The notes: a model not told the origin generated them from the sequence alone. DNA of 64,000 nt from an uncultured Actinomycetota bacterium (GCA_963702405.1 CAVPCM010000011.1:97683-161682); one strand, 5' to 3'. Positions 9,178 through 19,130 are shown, counted from the stretch's first letter. Program-made: numbers and translations.

Positions 9178-9561
9178 ATGTTGCGGGGCCTACTGATCGC
9201 GGTGGCGATCGCAGCCGTCCTCTGGGTCGGTGCGATCCTCGTCTTGATCGCGGCGGGCAGGCGAACGCAAGCGCGGGAGCTAGCCGTCCTGATCCCGAAT
9301 CTTCTGTTCCTCTTCCGGGGTCTCCTCAAGGACGAGCGCGTCCCACGCAGCTCGAAGCTCTGGCTCGGCTTCGCGGTGGCCTGGATCGTGTCGCCCATCG
9401 ACCTGATCCCTGAGTTCATCCCCGTCGCGGGGCCGCTCGACGATGCGATCGTGGCCGTCGTTGTCTTGCGCCACGTTCTCAGGCGGAGTGAGCGAGCCGT
9501 GATTGAGGCCCACTGGCGAGGTGATCCGAAGACGCTCGAATCGATCCTTCGCTTCGTGTGA
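9178..9561 (+). CDS. DUF1232 (YkvA-like) membrane protein
   Basis: motif SPIDLIPEFIPVAGPLDD. Confidence 0.65.
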   Translation: MLRGLLIAVAIAAVLWVGAILVLIAAGRRTQARELAVLIPNLLFLFRGLLKDERVPRSSKLWLGFAVAWIVSPIDLIPEFIPVAGPLDDAIVAVVVLRHVLRRSERAVIEAHWRGDPKTLESILRFV

Positions 9562-9563
9562 GA

Positions 9564-9640
9564 TTCACCCGACCGCCGAGGTCCCTGATCGCCCGGAGCA
9601 GCCGCAGCCGGATCACCTCGTCGTCATCGGCCATCGCGAA
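9564..9640 (-). repeat. family-2 gene 3'-end fragment (...MADDDEVIRLRLLRAIRDLGGRVNLT)
   Basis: ccgaggtccctgatcgcccggagcagccgcagccggatcacctcgtcgtcatcggccatcgcg. Confidence 0.6.
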
Positions 9641-9739
9641 CGGAAGAGAGGCCTCACATGCGGGGCGCTTGGACCTTGGGCACGCGAGCCTGCGTTGGCA
9701 CCCGAGATTGGGTCGCGACTAGCATGAGTCACTGCACAA

Positions 9740-10624
9740 GTGGCCGAAGGAGACGGTATGACACCGTCCCAAGGGTTCGACCCAGCCGAATACAAGCGGA
9801 ACATCCGGAGGGAGTGGCGATCCGCCGCCACGGGCTGGCGCAAGTGGCTCGACGTAGTCGAGGCCCAAGAGGGCGGGCAGCGACACAGTGCCAAGTTGGT
9901 CGAGCTCGCCGAGCTACAGGTGGGCGCATCGGTCCTCGACGTAGGCGGCGGCTACGGGGAGCCGAGCCTAGCCGCGGCACGTGTGGTCGGCCCGCAGGGG
10001 CGGGTCGTCTGCACCGATATCTCCCCCGAGATGCTCGCGGTGGCCCGCGAGCGAGCCGCCGACGCTGGAATCACGAATGTCGAGTTCGTTGGGCGGGACG
10101 CGGAGGAGCTCGCATTCGACGAGGGGAGCTTCGATGCGGTCCTCAGCCGAGCTACCCTCATGTTCCTGCCGGACGTGGCAGGCACCCTGAAGCGACTCCG
10201 CGGTTTCCTCAAGTCCGCAGGTCGGCTCGCGGCATCGGTCTGGGGGCCGCAGCCGCTCGTGGAGTTCTCGACCGCTTTCCCCGTCATCGCGGAGGAGCTC
10301 GCTTTGCCCTCTCCACCTCCGGGACGGCCGGGAGCGTTCGCGCTCAGCGATCCCACCTGGGTTGCCGAACTCGTGGCGCAGGCTGGGTTCCGGGACGTCG
10401 AGACCGGCACCGTGTCGGTCATCTTCGTGACCGACTCGCCCGAGCAGTACACGGAGTTCATCCGTGACGTCGCGCCCCAGCTGACCACCCTCTTGGGCGA
10501 CCAGCTGGCCTCCGTGCAGGAGCGCGTTTGGGCGAAGGTTACTGACGCCTACCGTCGGTTCCAGGGCGATGACGGGCGTGTTCGCACCGAGAACCAAGCC
10601 ATCTGGGTCAAGGGGATCAAGTAG
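9740..10624 (+). CDS. class I SAM-dependent methyltransferase
   Basis: motifs VLDVGGGYG ... VVCTDISPEML ... FDAVLSRATLMFLPD. Confidence 0.8.
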   Translation: MAEGDGMTPSQGFDPAEYKRNIRREWRSAATGWRKWLDVVEAQEGGQRHSAKLVELAELQVGASVLDVGGGYGEPSLAAARVVGPQGRVVCTDISPEMLAVARERAADAGITNVEFVGRDAEELAFDEGSFDAVLSRATLMFLPDVAGTLKRLRGFLKSAGRLAASVWGPQPLVEFSTAFPVIAEELALPSPPPGRPGAFALSDPTWVAELVAQAGFRDVETGTVSVIFVTDSPEQYTEFIRDVAPQLTTLLGDQLASVQERVWAKVTDAYRRFQGDDGRVRTENQAIWVKGIK

Positions 10625-10662
10625 GCCGCGCCAGGTCTAAGCCCCCTTCGGGCCAGGGGTAG

Positions 10663-10917
10663 CTAGCGATTCATGCTGTGCCTGAGGTCCCGGATCGCCC
10701 GCAGCAGCCGCAGCCGGACGACCTCGTCGGTGTCAGCCATCGCGATCAGCGTGGCGAGGTCCCCGGCGGCGGGTCGCGCCTTCTGCGCCCGCAGGACCGC
10801 TGTGCGGTAGGTCGAGGTTCTCTCCAGGACGCGGCGCAGCTCGGCGAGCGCCGCAGGACCGAGCGTCGCCAGGTGGGAGCGGATGTCGGCATCCTCGTCG
10901 AAGGGATCAGCGATCAT
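10663..10917 (-). CDS. family-2 small protein, complete copy (MIADPFDEDADIRSHLATLGPAALAELRRVLERTSTYRTAVLRAQKARPAAGDLATLIAMADTDEVVRLRLLRAIRDLRHSMNR)
   Basis: ORF 10663..10965 trimmed to the Met whose ATG overlaps the stop of the upstream gene (ATGATCGCTGA). Confidence 0.6.
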   Translation of the reverse strand: MIADPFDEDADIRSHLATLGPAALAELRRVLERTSTYRTAVLRAQKARPAAGDLATLIAMADTDEVVRLRLLRAIRDLRHSMNR

Positions 10918-11170
10918 CTCGGCGCTCTCTGCGGCGACGGTGCCGGCGCACCACGCCCAATCCAAACCACACCACCGCCCCGAGGATCGCGGAGACCAAG
11001 GCCACGAGCCAAAGAGGCGAGGTGTAGCTCCACACGAGGAAGTCCAGCTGCGCGCTCTCGGTGTTCTGGACCATGAATACGAGCAGGAGTCCTACTCCAG
11101 TGAGCGATGCAATCGCTCCACCACCGAGTCGGCGTCCCTCCGACTTAGAGCTTGGCCTTTGCATGACCAT
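10907..11170 (-). CDS. LapA/DUF1049-like small membrane protein, translationally coupled to the family-2 gene
   Basis: ORF track; two TM helices and an Arg-rich tail. Confidence 0.45.
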   Translation of the reverse strand: MVMQRPSSKSEGRRLGGGAIASLTGVGLLLVFMVQNTESAQLDFLVWSYTSPLWLVALVSAILGAVVWFGLGVVRRHRRRRERRDDR

Positions 11171-11226
11171 CCCCCTCCAGGATCTGGAAGCACGAAGCAG
11201 AGTCTAGGTGGGCGCGATGAGCCGGA

Positions 11227-11319
11227 TCAGCACCCTTTCGCGCGGTCAGCCAACGCCGCAGAGCCGAGCACCGCCAGGTGGGAGCGGACGGCGGCGTCCA
11301 CGTGGTGAGGATCAGCCAT
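11227..11319 (-). pseudogene. family-2 gene 5' fragment (MADPHHVDAAVRSHLAVLGSAALADRAKGC*)
   Basis: hand translation; its start overlaps the stop of HTH copy 6. Confidence 0.55.
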
Positions 11320-11420
11320 GCACGAACGACCGCGGCCAGCCGTACAGCTTGCAGATCCGATCCCAGGTCCGAACGTCGGCGAGCCAACCCGGGTCTGCGA
11401 ATGCATCGCACCCCCGCTCG
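11312..11420 (-). pseudogene. family-1 HTH gene 3' fragment, copy 6 (...ADPGWLADVRTWDRICKLYGWPRSFVHG*)
   Basis: stop TGA overlaps the family-2 ATG (catggctga). Confidence 0.55.
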
Positions 11421-11440
11421 GATCGTGCCAAGATCAACCC

Positions 11441-11731
11441 ATGGGTGAGACTGTGGCAGAAGGCGGGCCCGAGCCTCGTGAGTCTCCTCTCAGCGATGCC
11501 GTCCTCGACACCATGCGCGGAGCTCTGCGTATCTTCGGCGGGATGGTGCAGATGGCGGCGGGCATCACGAGGTTGTTAGCCGTTGCGGTGCTCAAGGCTG
11601 CGGCAGCAGCAGAGGACGCTGTGGAGGCGACGGAGGAAGATGAAGACAAGTCAGGCCGCCCGGTGAGCCCGCGGAGTAGAACCAAGAAGGAAGCGGAAGT
11701 GGTTGAGCCAGATGCCTCCTCCCCCCGCTGA
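11441..11731 (+). CDS. small acidic hypothetical protein
   Basis: inner Met (MGETVAEGGPEPRESPLS...) of ORF 11318..11731. Confidence 0.3.
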   Translation: MGETVAEGGPEPRESPLSDAVLDTMRGALRIFGGMVQMAAGITRLLAVAVLKAAAAAEDAVEATEEDEDKSGRPVSPRSRTKKEAEVVEPDASSPR

Positions 11732-11734
11732 GGG

Positions 11735-11818
11735 CGAACGCCCGCGGCCAGCCCCGAACAGCTTGCAGATCCAGTCCCAGATTCAGTCCCACGTCTCCTA
11801 GTTCGGCGATCGTTCCCT
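11735..11818 (-). repeat. family-1 HTH gene 3' fragment, copy 7 (degenerate)
   Basis: gaacgcccgcggccagccccgaacagcttgcagatccagtccc...tcccacgtctcctagttcggcgatcgttccc. Confidence 0.5.
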
Positions 11819-11974
11819 CTTACCTCGGCATGACAACTGCAAGGGCGGCCACAAGAGCGATGACTGCCACCATGGCGATCAGCATCCCCCGAGCGCTCAG
11901 ACGGCTGACGAGCCTCGGGATCAGGCCGAGCAGTTCGAAGATCGACTCCAAGATCACCACGGGCGAACCCCTAG

Positions 11975-12178
11975 CTAGGTCTGGTCGCGAGGTCCATCAG
12001 CCCCGGCCGCGAACGTCTGAGGCCAGCCGTACAGCTTGCAGATCCGGTCCCACGTCTCGAAGTTCGGCGACCGTTCCCCTGCCTCGAATCTCGCGGTAGG
12101 CGCGGATGGGCACGCCGAGCTCGTGCGCGGCTCGCGCGACCGACCAGCCGGCGCGGCGCCGATCTCCGGCAAGCATCG
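11975..12178 (-). pseudogene. family-1 XRE-type HTH gene copy 8, full length with a single-base insertion frameshift
   Basis: MLAGDRRRAGWSVARAAHELGVPIRAYREI / EAGERSPNFETWDRICKLYGWPQTFAAGADGPRDQT* lie in two frames (gagattcgagg versus expected gagatcgagg). Confidence 0.65.
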
Positions 12179-12193
12179 TCGGGAGTGCGGCCA

Positions 12194-12460
12194 TCAGGTC
12201 AAGCGTGCGGTATCGGACCGAGGCGGTGTAGTTACCCTCCGTCCTCCTGCTCCTCCGCTTCGCGGCGCTCGAGGGCCTCGCGGCGCATCTCCTCGATGAT
12301 GTGGTCGCCGCTGGCCAGCGCCGCCTCCGCCACGAGGATCTGGGAGATGGCGTGTTCCCCATCTCCGCCGTGATCGCCGTCGAGCCCACGATGTCCGTGA
12401 AGAGGACGGCGCCGAGGCCGCGTCCACCCCCACGTCGCTGCACGGGCGGAGTGTAGGTTC
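12194..12460 (-). pseudogene. duplicated 5' fragment of the adjacent adenylate/guanylate cyclase gene (AVLFTDIVGSTAITAEMG...)
   Basis: about 70 bp of near identity between 12395-12460 and 14030-14100. Confidence 0.5.
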
Positions 12461-12486
12461 AGGTCCAGTCCTCCCCCGGTCGAGAC

Positions 12487-14090
12487 TCATGGGAGAGGTC
12501 GGCTCGTTCGCCCGACATAGACCCAGATGCTCTCGCGCTCGTCGTCCACGGCGACCGCGAGCGCAGCTCCATCGACGCGTGCGAACTCGGATGCGGTCAG
12601 CGTCGCGGGTTCGACATGCGTGACGGTCCCGTCCTCGTGCGAGACCCAGATCGCTCCAGCGCCGGCGGCCATCGCCGTGGGATCCGCGGGAAGCGCCTCC
12701 TGCCCGGTCACGCGATCCGAATCGATCGAGATTTGCGTCAGCACGCCGGTGGCGAAGTCGAGGGTCCAGACGTAGCCGTCGAGCACCGCGATCGCATCGA
12801 GGTTGCCGTCGAGGTGGATCTCGGCGACCGATCCCAGCGTCATCCCATCGATCTTCGTCACGACCCCGGCGCCCTGGTCGACGAGCCACACCCAGCCCTC
12901 GCCGACCGCGACCAGATGGATCCCGCCCTCGACGTCCCGTCGATCGATCTCTTCGCCGTTCCGATTCAGCTTGAGCAGGGTGCCGGCGGGCGTCCCGAGC
13001 CAGAGGTTCCGCCGATCCGCCGCCAGGCCGGCCCGGGCCAGGGAGAAGGGCTGAGGGATGGCGAGGATCGAGCGAGCCTCGTCGGTCGCGGGGTTCACCC
13101 TGATCAAGAGATCGGTGGTTGCCCAAAGCGCATCGAACGCGGTCACCATCGAGATGAAGCCGGCGCCGGCGGCGGACGGGAGCCGGACTTGTTCGACCTC
13201 GCCGTGCTCGGGATCCACGTGGAAAACGGGCGATACGAAGTTGGAGGGTGACTCCGCCCAGACCGCGCCCTCTCCGGCCTCGAACTCGTACGACTGACCG
13301 ATGAACGGTGGCCGTCCCGGGTCGATGAAATCGATGGTCTGAAGGGCGTCACCCGTCTCCGGATCCAGCTCCACGACGCCGCGCGATGCGGTCGCCGTCC
13401 GGGGAGGAGGCTCCTCTTCATCCCCGCTCACGAGGAGCCAGATCCCCACGGCGGCGACCGACGCGGCGGCGATCCCCACGATCACCGCACCGGTCCTCCG
13501 TCGACCGACCGGCTCGATACGCGATCGGCGCGCGGCTGCTTCGGCTTCATCCAGCGGCGGTCCGACCTGCGTGTCACCGAGACCGGTGACGACGAACAGA
13601 CGCAACTCCTCGTCCAGTCCCTTGAGCCGATGGACCCCGTGATCCGCGAACGCGATCCCGGCCCCGGGCACGAGGTCACGCACCGCCGCCGGCACGAGCA
13701 CCTCGCCGGGCCCGGCGACCGACATGACGCGCGCGGCGGTGTTCACCACGAGCCCGCCGGGTTTGTGCCCCACGGTTTCGAGCTCGCCGAAGCTCACCCC
13801 TGCCCGGATCTCGATCCCGAGCTCGCGCACGGTGTCCGCGGCGGCGACCGCGCACCTGATCGCGTCCACGGGTCGGTCGAACGTCGCGAAGAACCCGTCG
13901 CCGGCTGTGTCGATCTCCCGCCCGCCGTGGCGGCGGAGCTCGCTCCGGATCAGGCGATGATGTCGAGCGACGAGCTCCCCCAGCGGGCATTGCCCAGCTC
14001 AGCCGCGATCGACGTCGACCCGACGATGTCCGTGAAGAGGACGGCGCCGAGGCCGCGTTCGCCCCCTCGACGTTGCACACGCGGAGTCTA
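12487..14090 (-). CDS. adenylate/guanylate cyclase catalytic domain + TM + periplasmic beta-propeller-like domain; frameshift in a G5/G6 run near 14005
   Basis: LLFTDIVGSTSIAAELG ... REIDTAGDGFFATFD ... VVNTAARV motifs; N-terminal part lies in a different frame from ORF 12487..13869. Confidence 0.65.
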
Positions 14091-14929
14091 GATTCGCGCT
14101 CCAGGGCGGTCGAGGGGCGAGCGATCGCGGTCAGCGAGGATCGTCAAGGCCGTGCAGACGGCGACCCGCGGCCGACATCCCCGCGGCTTCCGCCGCCGTG
14201 ATCGTCCACCCCGCCGCCGCCGCCCGCTCCCCCTTGCGGCGACGCCACCGTGCGCGTTCGGGCGCACGTTCCTCGGCGGGCGGCCTCGGCACGGAGGCGT
14301 GGCCCCGCGTACTTCGGCCGCTCGAGGACGCACGCGTCGCGCTCTTCCCCGACGACGGCGGCGTGCGCGGACGCATCGACCGGCCCAGACCCCAGTCCGT
14401 CGTCGTTCGTCTCGGCGGGCGCTCGGCCTCGGTACTCATCGACCCTCACGCTGAGGCGCCGCGCACCCTCCCGGCCGACCAGCCGGCGCGGTAGCGTCCG
14501 TCACCCCGCGCTTTCCGCGGCGTAGTACGGAACCTGCCAGCCGCAATCGCAGGCGCCGCACTGCACCCACCAGTAGCCCTCCCGGTCATGCACCCGCAGG
14601 ATGGCCCGGAGGATGGCGGGATCGGTCGTGTCTCGGTGCTCGCACCCACCGCAGTGGCCGAAGGTGGCCGGGTCAAGCGGTCGACCCCGTTCATCTCAGT
14701 AGTGTGCACCGACCAGGTCCCTGTGTGAGGCACCGTCAGGTCAACTAACACGTGCTCGGGCTCGGTGAACGTCGCCACCTCAGTGAACCGGCGGACCGGC
14801 CACTATAAAAGGACGGGACTACTTCGCCATCGACTGATGCACAGACGAACGGGCGCGGGCTGTCCCCGCGCCCGTTCTCTACCCGGACGGTTGCCTCTCG
14901 TCGACCCTAGTCGTTCGCCTAACCACTTC

Positions 14930-15125
14930 TCTCGCGGATCCCGGTTTTCAGGTCCGGGAGCGAGCCGGGCTGGCCACCCTGGGCGTAGCCGGAACCTTCA
15001 CGAGTCGCGGTGTTCAGGTCCGGGAACGAGCCGGGCTGGCCACCCTGGGCGTAGCCAGATCCCTCGCGGATCCCGGTGTTCAGGTCCGGGAACGAGCCGG
15101 GCTGGCCACCCTGGGCCGCTGAGAT
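14930..15125. repeat. tandem repeat, period about 63-66 bp, 3 copies (46-bp core ggtgttcaggtccgggaacgagccgggctggccaccctgggcgtagcc with 17-bp variable linkers), overlapping the 5' side of integrase stub B
   Basis: read directly; the last unit continues into the integrase reading frame (GNEPGWPPWA). Confidence 0.8.
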
Positions 15126-15276
15126 CGCATTGGCCGCTGGCGTCCGACTCGATGTCGTCTCGCGGCAGCTCGGCCACGCGTCGATTGCGACGACCGGGGA
15201 CATCTACACGCACGATTCGGACGAGGCCGCGATCGCGGCGGCCGAACTCGTGGCACGGACGATGGAGGGAAGCTGA
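15076..15276 (+). pseudogene. tyrosine recombinase C-terminal stub B (...SRQLGHASIATTGDIYTHDSDEAAIAAAELVARTMEGS*)
   Basis: ORF track; LGHASIATTGDIYTH is the integrase box II / catalytic Tyr region; the previous repeat unit carries an in-frame TAG. Confidence 0.65.
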
Positions 15277-15663
15277 TTGAATCGCTCTCCCTTCGGAACC
15301 GTTGGGTCTTACAGAGGCTCCACGCCGGCGCAAGCTGATTGCATCTCACCAACAGCCACCTCAAACGAGTCGATCTCGCCAGCCGTGAGGGTCTCGAGCA
15401 TGCTCCGCGCCGCTTCCGCGATTCCGGGTGTTTCGGATACTTCCGCCGTGTCCCAAAGATCTTGAAGCCGCTCGCGAAGTTCCTCATCGGTCATAAGATC
15501 GACCTCTCCGGCGATGTCATAGAAATCTCGGCAAGCGAGCTGCGCCGAGGCGTCGCCGCTGCCCGAGTTGTCACCCCCGTCTGGGCCAATGAATCCAGTT
15601 GGGGAAATTCTGGGGAAATTCGAGGGCTCCCGGAGCCGTGGCGTGTTTCCGGGGATCGTATCC

Positions 15664-15733
15664 TCGCAGGTAGATGGTGTCGGAGGGGGGATTTGAACCC
15701 CCACCCCCTGTGAAGGGGACTAGGCCCTCAACC
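15664..15733 (-). repeat. direct repeat of the tRNA-Leu(GAG) 3' half including CCA (att-like boundary 2)
   Basis: cgcaggtagatggtgtcggaggggggatttgaacccccaccccctgtgaaggggactaggccctcaacct, identical to 5041-5110. Confidence 0.85.
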
Positions 15734-16107
15734 TGATTCAGCTCGTCCGTCGGCGTTCACCCTGTCTCTCTCCGTGCTGGTCAGGGCTTGGTGGCGTCCA
15801 TGCGGTGCGGATGCATTCCGGGCGGTTCCGTCCCGTTCGTTAGACGGCACGTTAGACAGGCCGAGAGGTCATGCCTCTCCGCCTCGCAGGACGACGTATC
15901 CGGCGAAGACGTCAGAGCAGCTTTCGAAGTTGGAGCCCGCGGGAATAGAGCGATCCACACTGCGAAGCATGCTCGAACAGGGACTCGTCACTCCATTCCT
16001 CGAGCTCCGCTGGGCGGTCGTTACCCACCGCCCAGCGAACCCCGTGGGACTCTGATCGAGGCCTGAGACGCCGCCCACACGAGTCCGATGATCATTGCGA
16101 GTTCGCT

Positions 16108-16629
16108 CTAAAGCGGATCGCAATGGTGAACGACAGGACCAGTCGCGAAGTCGATCGGATCTCCGTATGCGTGACGCACGTTCCAGCTGAAGATTGCGAA
16201 ATCAGTCGTCAGCTCAGCCACGAAACCGTTGTGCAGGTTCGCCGGGCCAGGTCCGGCAATCGAAAAGGCGTCCGTCATCAGGCCTGAGAACACACCCGGA
16301 TCGGCAACCGTGTTCGAGACCCGAAACGCGTTGCTGTAATTGAACACGTAGACGTTCCCGGCCTGATCGGTCGCCGTACCCTGCGCGTGCGTCGCGTTCA
16401 CAATCGTCGTGACGCCATCGCCCGCGGTTCTCTCCGTCGTGATCGACTTCTCTGTCCCAGAGCCGGTGATCGTGGTTCCGCTCGGCAGGTTCGAGCAGGT
16501 CGCCGAAGAGAGCGTGAAGCTGATGGGGAACGTTTCGACCAACGGTCGTGCCCCTGCCGGGAGCGCTCCTCCAACAGCGAACCCAACAACGATGACGACG
16601 ATGGCCGGCACCACGGCGATCCGTCTCAT
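16108..16629 (-). CDS. secreted hypothetical protein
   Basis: ORF track; signal peptide MRRIAVVPAIVVIVVGFAVGGALPAGA. Confidence 0.5.
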   Translation of the reverse strand: MRRIAVVPAIVVIVVGFAVGGALPAGARPLVETFPISFTLSSATCSNLPSGTTITGSGTEKSITTERTAGDGVTTIVNATHAQGTATDQAGNVYVFNYSNAFRVSNTVADPGVFSGLMTDAFSIAGPGPANLHNGFVAELTTDFAIFSWNVRHAYGDPIDFATGPVVHHCDPL

Positions 16630-16785
16630 CTGGCACCCCTTCCCTTGATCCTCCGGTGGAGGTCAGGCCCGAGCTTGACCCCTCGGGAATCGCTCGTCAA
16701 TCCACAAGCGGCCAGCCCACCGTTCCCGGATCGGGGCGGTGAGTCTAGAGAGCCTGTCGACGCCCCCCCTTGAAGGGGACACCGC

Positions 16786-17385
16786 TCATCGCGGAGCCTC
16801 GCGCCCGGATCTTTTGAATCGGAACACGAAGAAGAACGGGACCAGCATGGCCGAGTAGACCACGAGGTTGTAGACGAAGTGCAGGACCGTGTCGGTAACG
16901 CCGAGGGCCGCGTCCCCGATGCCGGGACAGGGGCAGCCGCTGTTCATCAGGACCCGCGAGATGATGACGAGATGCTCAATCTGGTGCCACGTCTCGAGGC
17001 CGACGGCACCGAAGAGGTATACGAGGTACCCCCATCGCGGGACTATCGACGGGCTTGCGGCCCGGATCGGCCCGAGGAGGATGTAGAGCGACGTCAGCAG
17101 GGCTAAGTTGAACACGAGGTGGAGCCACTCCTCGGTTCCCTGCAGCTCGAAGACGTAGCCGAGGAGGCCGAGGGCGTCGTCATCGGGCACGTTCCACGCA
17201 AAGACCTGGATCAGCTGCAGGACGTGCTCGAACATGTGGATTCCCTGCACAATCATGACCCCGGCGAGGAAGAGGAACGGGCCGCGTTCGAGGATCCGAG
17301 TCGCTCGCCTTCGCTCGACGATCGCGTCCGCGCCTAGGGCGGCGAGTCCCCCGAACGTTGACTCCTCCCTTCCAGCGCGTGACAT
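16786..17385 (-). CDS. polytopic membrane protein, hypothetical
   Basis: ORF track. Confidence 0.45.
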   Translation of the reverse strand: MSRAGREESTFGGLAALGADAIVERRRATRILERGPFLFLAGVMIVQGIHMFEHVLQLIQVFAWNVPDDDALGLLGYVFELQGTEEWLHLVFNLALLTSLYILLGPIRAASPSIVPRWGYLVYLFGAVGLETWHQIEHLVIISRVLMNSGCPCPGIGDAALGVTDTVLHFVYNLVVYSAMLVPFFFVFRFKRSGREAPR

Positions 17386-17847
17386 CCCTGACCCCAGGAA
17401 TGGGCGGTCCTAGCCGGGATTTGACAAGTGTAGCTGGTGGTCCTGGGGCGAGCGTCCTCCGGAGCGCGTCCGCGAGCCGGAGCCGCGCGATCTCGCCCAG
17501 GTCAATCAGGAGCTCGGCGAGCCACGCGGCGTCGTCACGGAGGCTCAGGCGGCCGATCAGCGCCGCCCGGTCGGCATCGGACCGCTCGAGGACATCGAGC
17601 AGCTCCCTCGCCGCGGGCTCTCCGAGCGCGGCGACGACGCGCTGGCCAATGTCCTCCCTCACCGGCGAAGACTAGAAGTCATCCCTACTCCTACGGACAA
17701 CACTCCGAGGGCAGCCTAGGGGCGACTTGGCCCCGCTTGGGGAGAGGAAGCTTGAACGAATTTCCCCTCGACTCCCCCTGGCTGGGGACGCCCCTAGGCT
17801 GTCCATTCCGCCCGAGTCCCACTTCGCCTCTCTGCCTACGACCTTGG

Positions 17848-18399
17848 CTAGCTCAGCAGAGCGCACGCGTCCTGCACGTTGTTCGGCAACTCGGTGAGGA
17901 AGAAGCCCTCATCCGAGATAATCGCCGTGAACGGTCCGTGCACCAGCAAGAGCTCTCCCGGCCGGTCGGTGATGAACAGGTGCAGCCACGTCCCTGAGCC
18001 CCGGAGCTCCGTCGAGCCGTCCGGTAGGAAACGGTACTGACCGGGTCCGGAGATGTTGAAGAGGACGGAGTGCTCGGGTGCCTCCTGGTTTGTCAGTCGC
18101 ACCTGCAGCGCTCCCGTGACGCTCTGGCGGACCACTTCTCCATCCTTGTCGTAGTAGGTGGTGAGCACCTCGTTGTTCTTCACGAACTCGACCGAGATGT
18201 CGAATGTGCAATGCCCCGTCAGAACGAAGTCCTCGACTGGGAGCGGTTCGCGTGTCGGGGGCGTCGCGTGTGCCGCTGCGGGCATCAAGATGATCGCTAC
18301 TGCTGCTGCCGCCGCCATGACGAGTCGTCGCATGGGGTACCCCTGTCGATAAAGAGCTGTCCGATGTCCTGGACGAGCTACTTGATGACGTTCATTCAT
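17848..18399 (-). CDS. secreted hypothetical protein (paralog of 18512..18982)
   Basis: signal peptide; conserved Cys pair and ...DACALLS tail. Confidence 0.55.
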   Translation of the reverse strand: MNERHQVARPGHRTALYRQGYPMRRLVMAAAAAVAIILMPAAAHATPPTREPLPVEDFVLTGHCTFDISVEFVKNNEVLTTYYDKDGEVVRQSVTGALQVRLTNQEAPEHSVLFNISGPGQYRFLPDGSTELRGSGTWLHLFITDRPGELLLVHGPFTAIISDEGFFLTELPNNVQDACALLS

Positions 18400-18511
18400 G
18401 CCAACCCCTGCTAATCAAGATCGAAGATGCTCGCGTGCCGGAAGATAAAGGGATCAGGGCCGGACATCGCTGCCCGGCCCAAACCCCGTTTGGGGGATCA
18501 AACGCGCCCGG

Positions 18512-18982
18512 CTACTTCGTGAGCAGCCGGCACGCACGAGTCGTGTCGACTGTGTGCCGTGGCTCTAGGATGACCTCCCCGGTCGTCAGGTCGACCTTCA
18601 ACACCCCGGTGAAGTCGAACGGGAGCTGGCCCACGACCATCAAGATGACCGTACCGTCGGGAGTCACCCGGACGAGATCGATCCCGACGTCCTTGAACCG
18701 CACCCGGTTGTCGCCAGCACTCGCCAGGAGATCCACGTGGACCGAAGTGATGTCCTGGACCCCGACCGGTCGATCGGGAAAGGCCAGGAATGTGATCCGA
18801 CCGTTGAGCGTCGTCGTCACATCGACCCCACAGGCGTCGCTCAGGAACTCGTCGTCGAACGTGTCGGAGAACGTGATCGTCTCCCGTTCGGGCAGAACGG
18901 CCCATGCTGCAGCGGTCCCGAGAGCCACCGACAGCAGCGCAAGCCCGATCACCAACGATCCGGTTCGTGCGTGTTTCTTCAT
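18512..18982 (-). CDS. secreted hypothetical protein (paralog of 17848..18399)
   Basis: signal peptide; ...DACGVD... and ...RACRLLTK tail. Confidence 0.55.
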   Translation of the reverse strand: MKKHARTGSLVIGLALLSVALGTAAAWAVLPERETITFSDTFDDEFLSDACGVDVTTTLNGRITFLAFPDRPVGVQDITSVHVDLLASAGDNRVRFKDVGIDLVRVTPDGTVILMVVGQLPFDFTGVLKVDLTTGEVILEPRHTVDTTRACRLLTK

Positions 18983-19130
18983 GCCAGACCCCCTATCGCG
19001 CCCACGGCGCCCGAGGCCATGCTGGCTGGTCCCACGCGCTTATGCAAACTGGCTGCACTGCAGCCAACATCAGCGTCCTACGAAGAGCGGCGTACGTATT
19101 TCGCTGTGGCGGAAACAGACAACACCTCGC

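Noticed and set aside
14088-14930. Stack of overlapping ORFs (14088..14525) and a Cys-containing 110-aa ORF (14446..14778) upstream of integrase stub B, considered as the missing integrase N-terminus
   Set aside because: No integrase-like motifs in any frame (no R...HxxR core). Composition is Arg/Pro-rich random-frame artifact. Left unannotated.
14930-15125. Possible mini-CRISPR array (46-bp repeats with variable 17-bp linkers)
   Set aside because: Only 3 units, the linkers are too short for spacers, the period (66 bp) is in-frame with the integrase-tail ORF, and the repeat is itself coding sequence of that stub. Best explained as tandem duplication.
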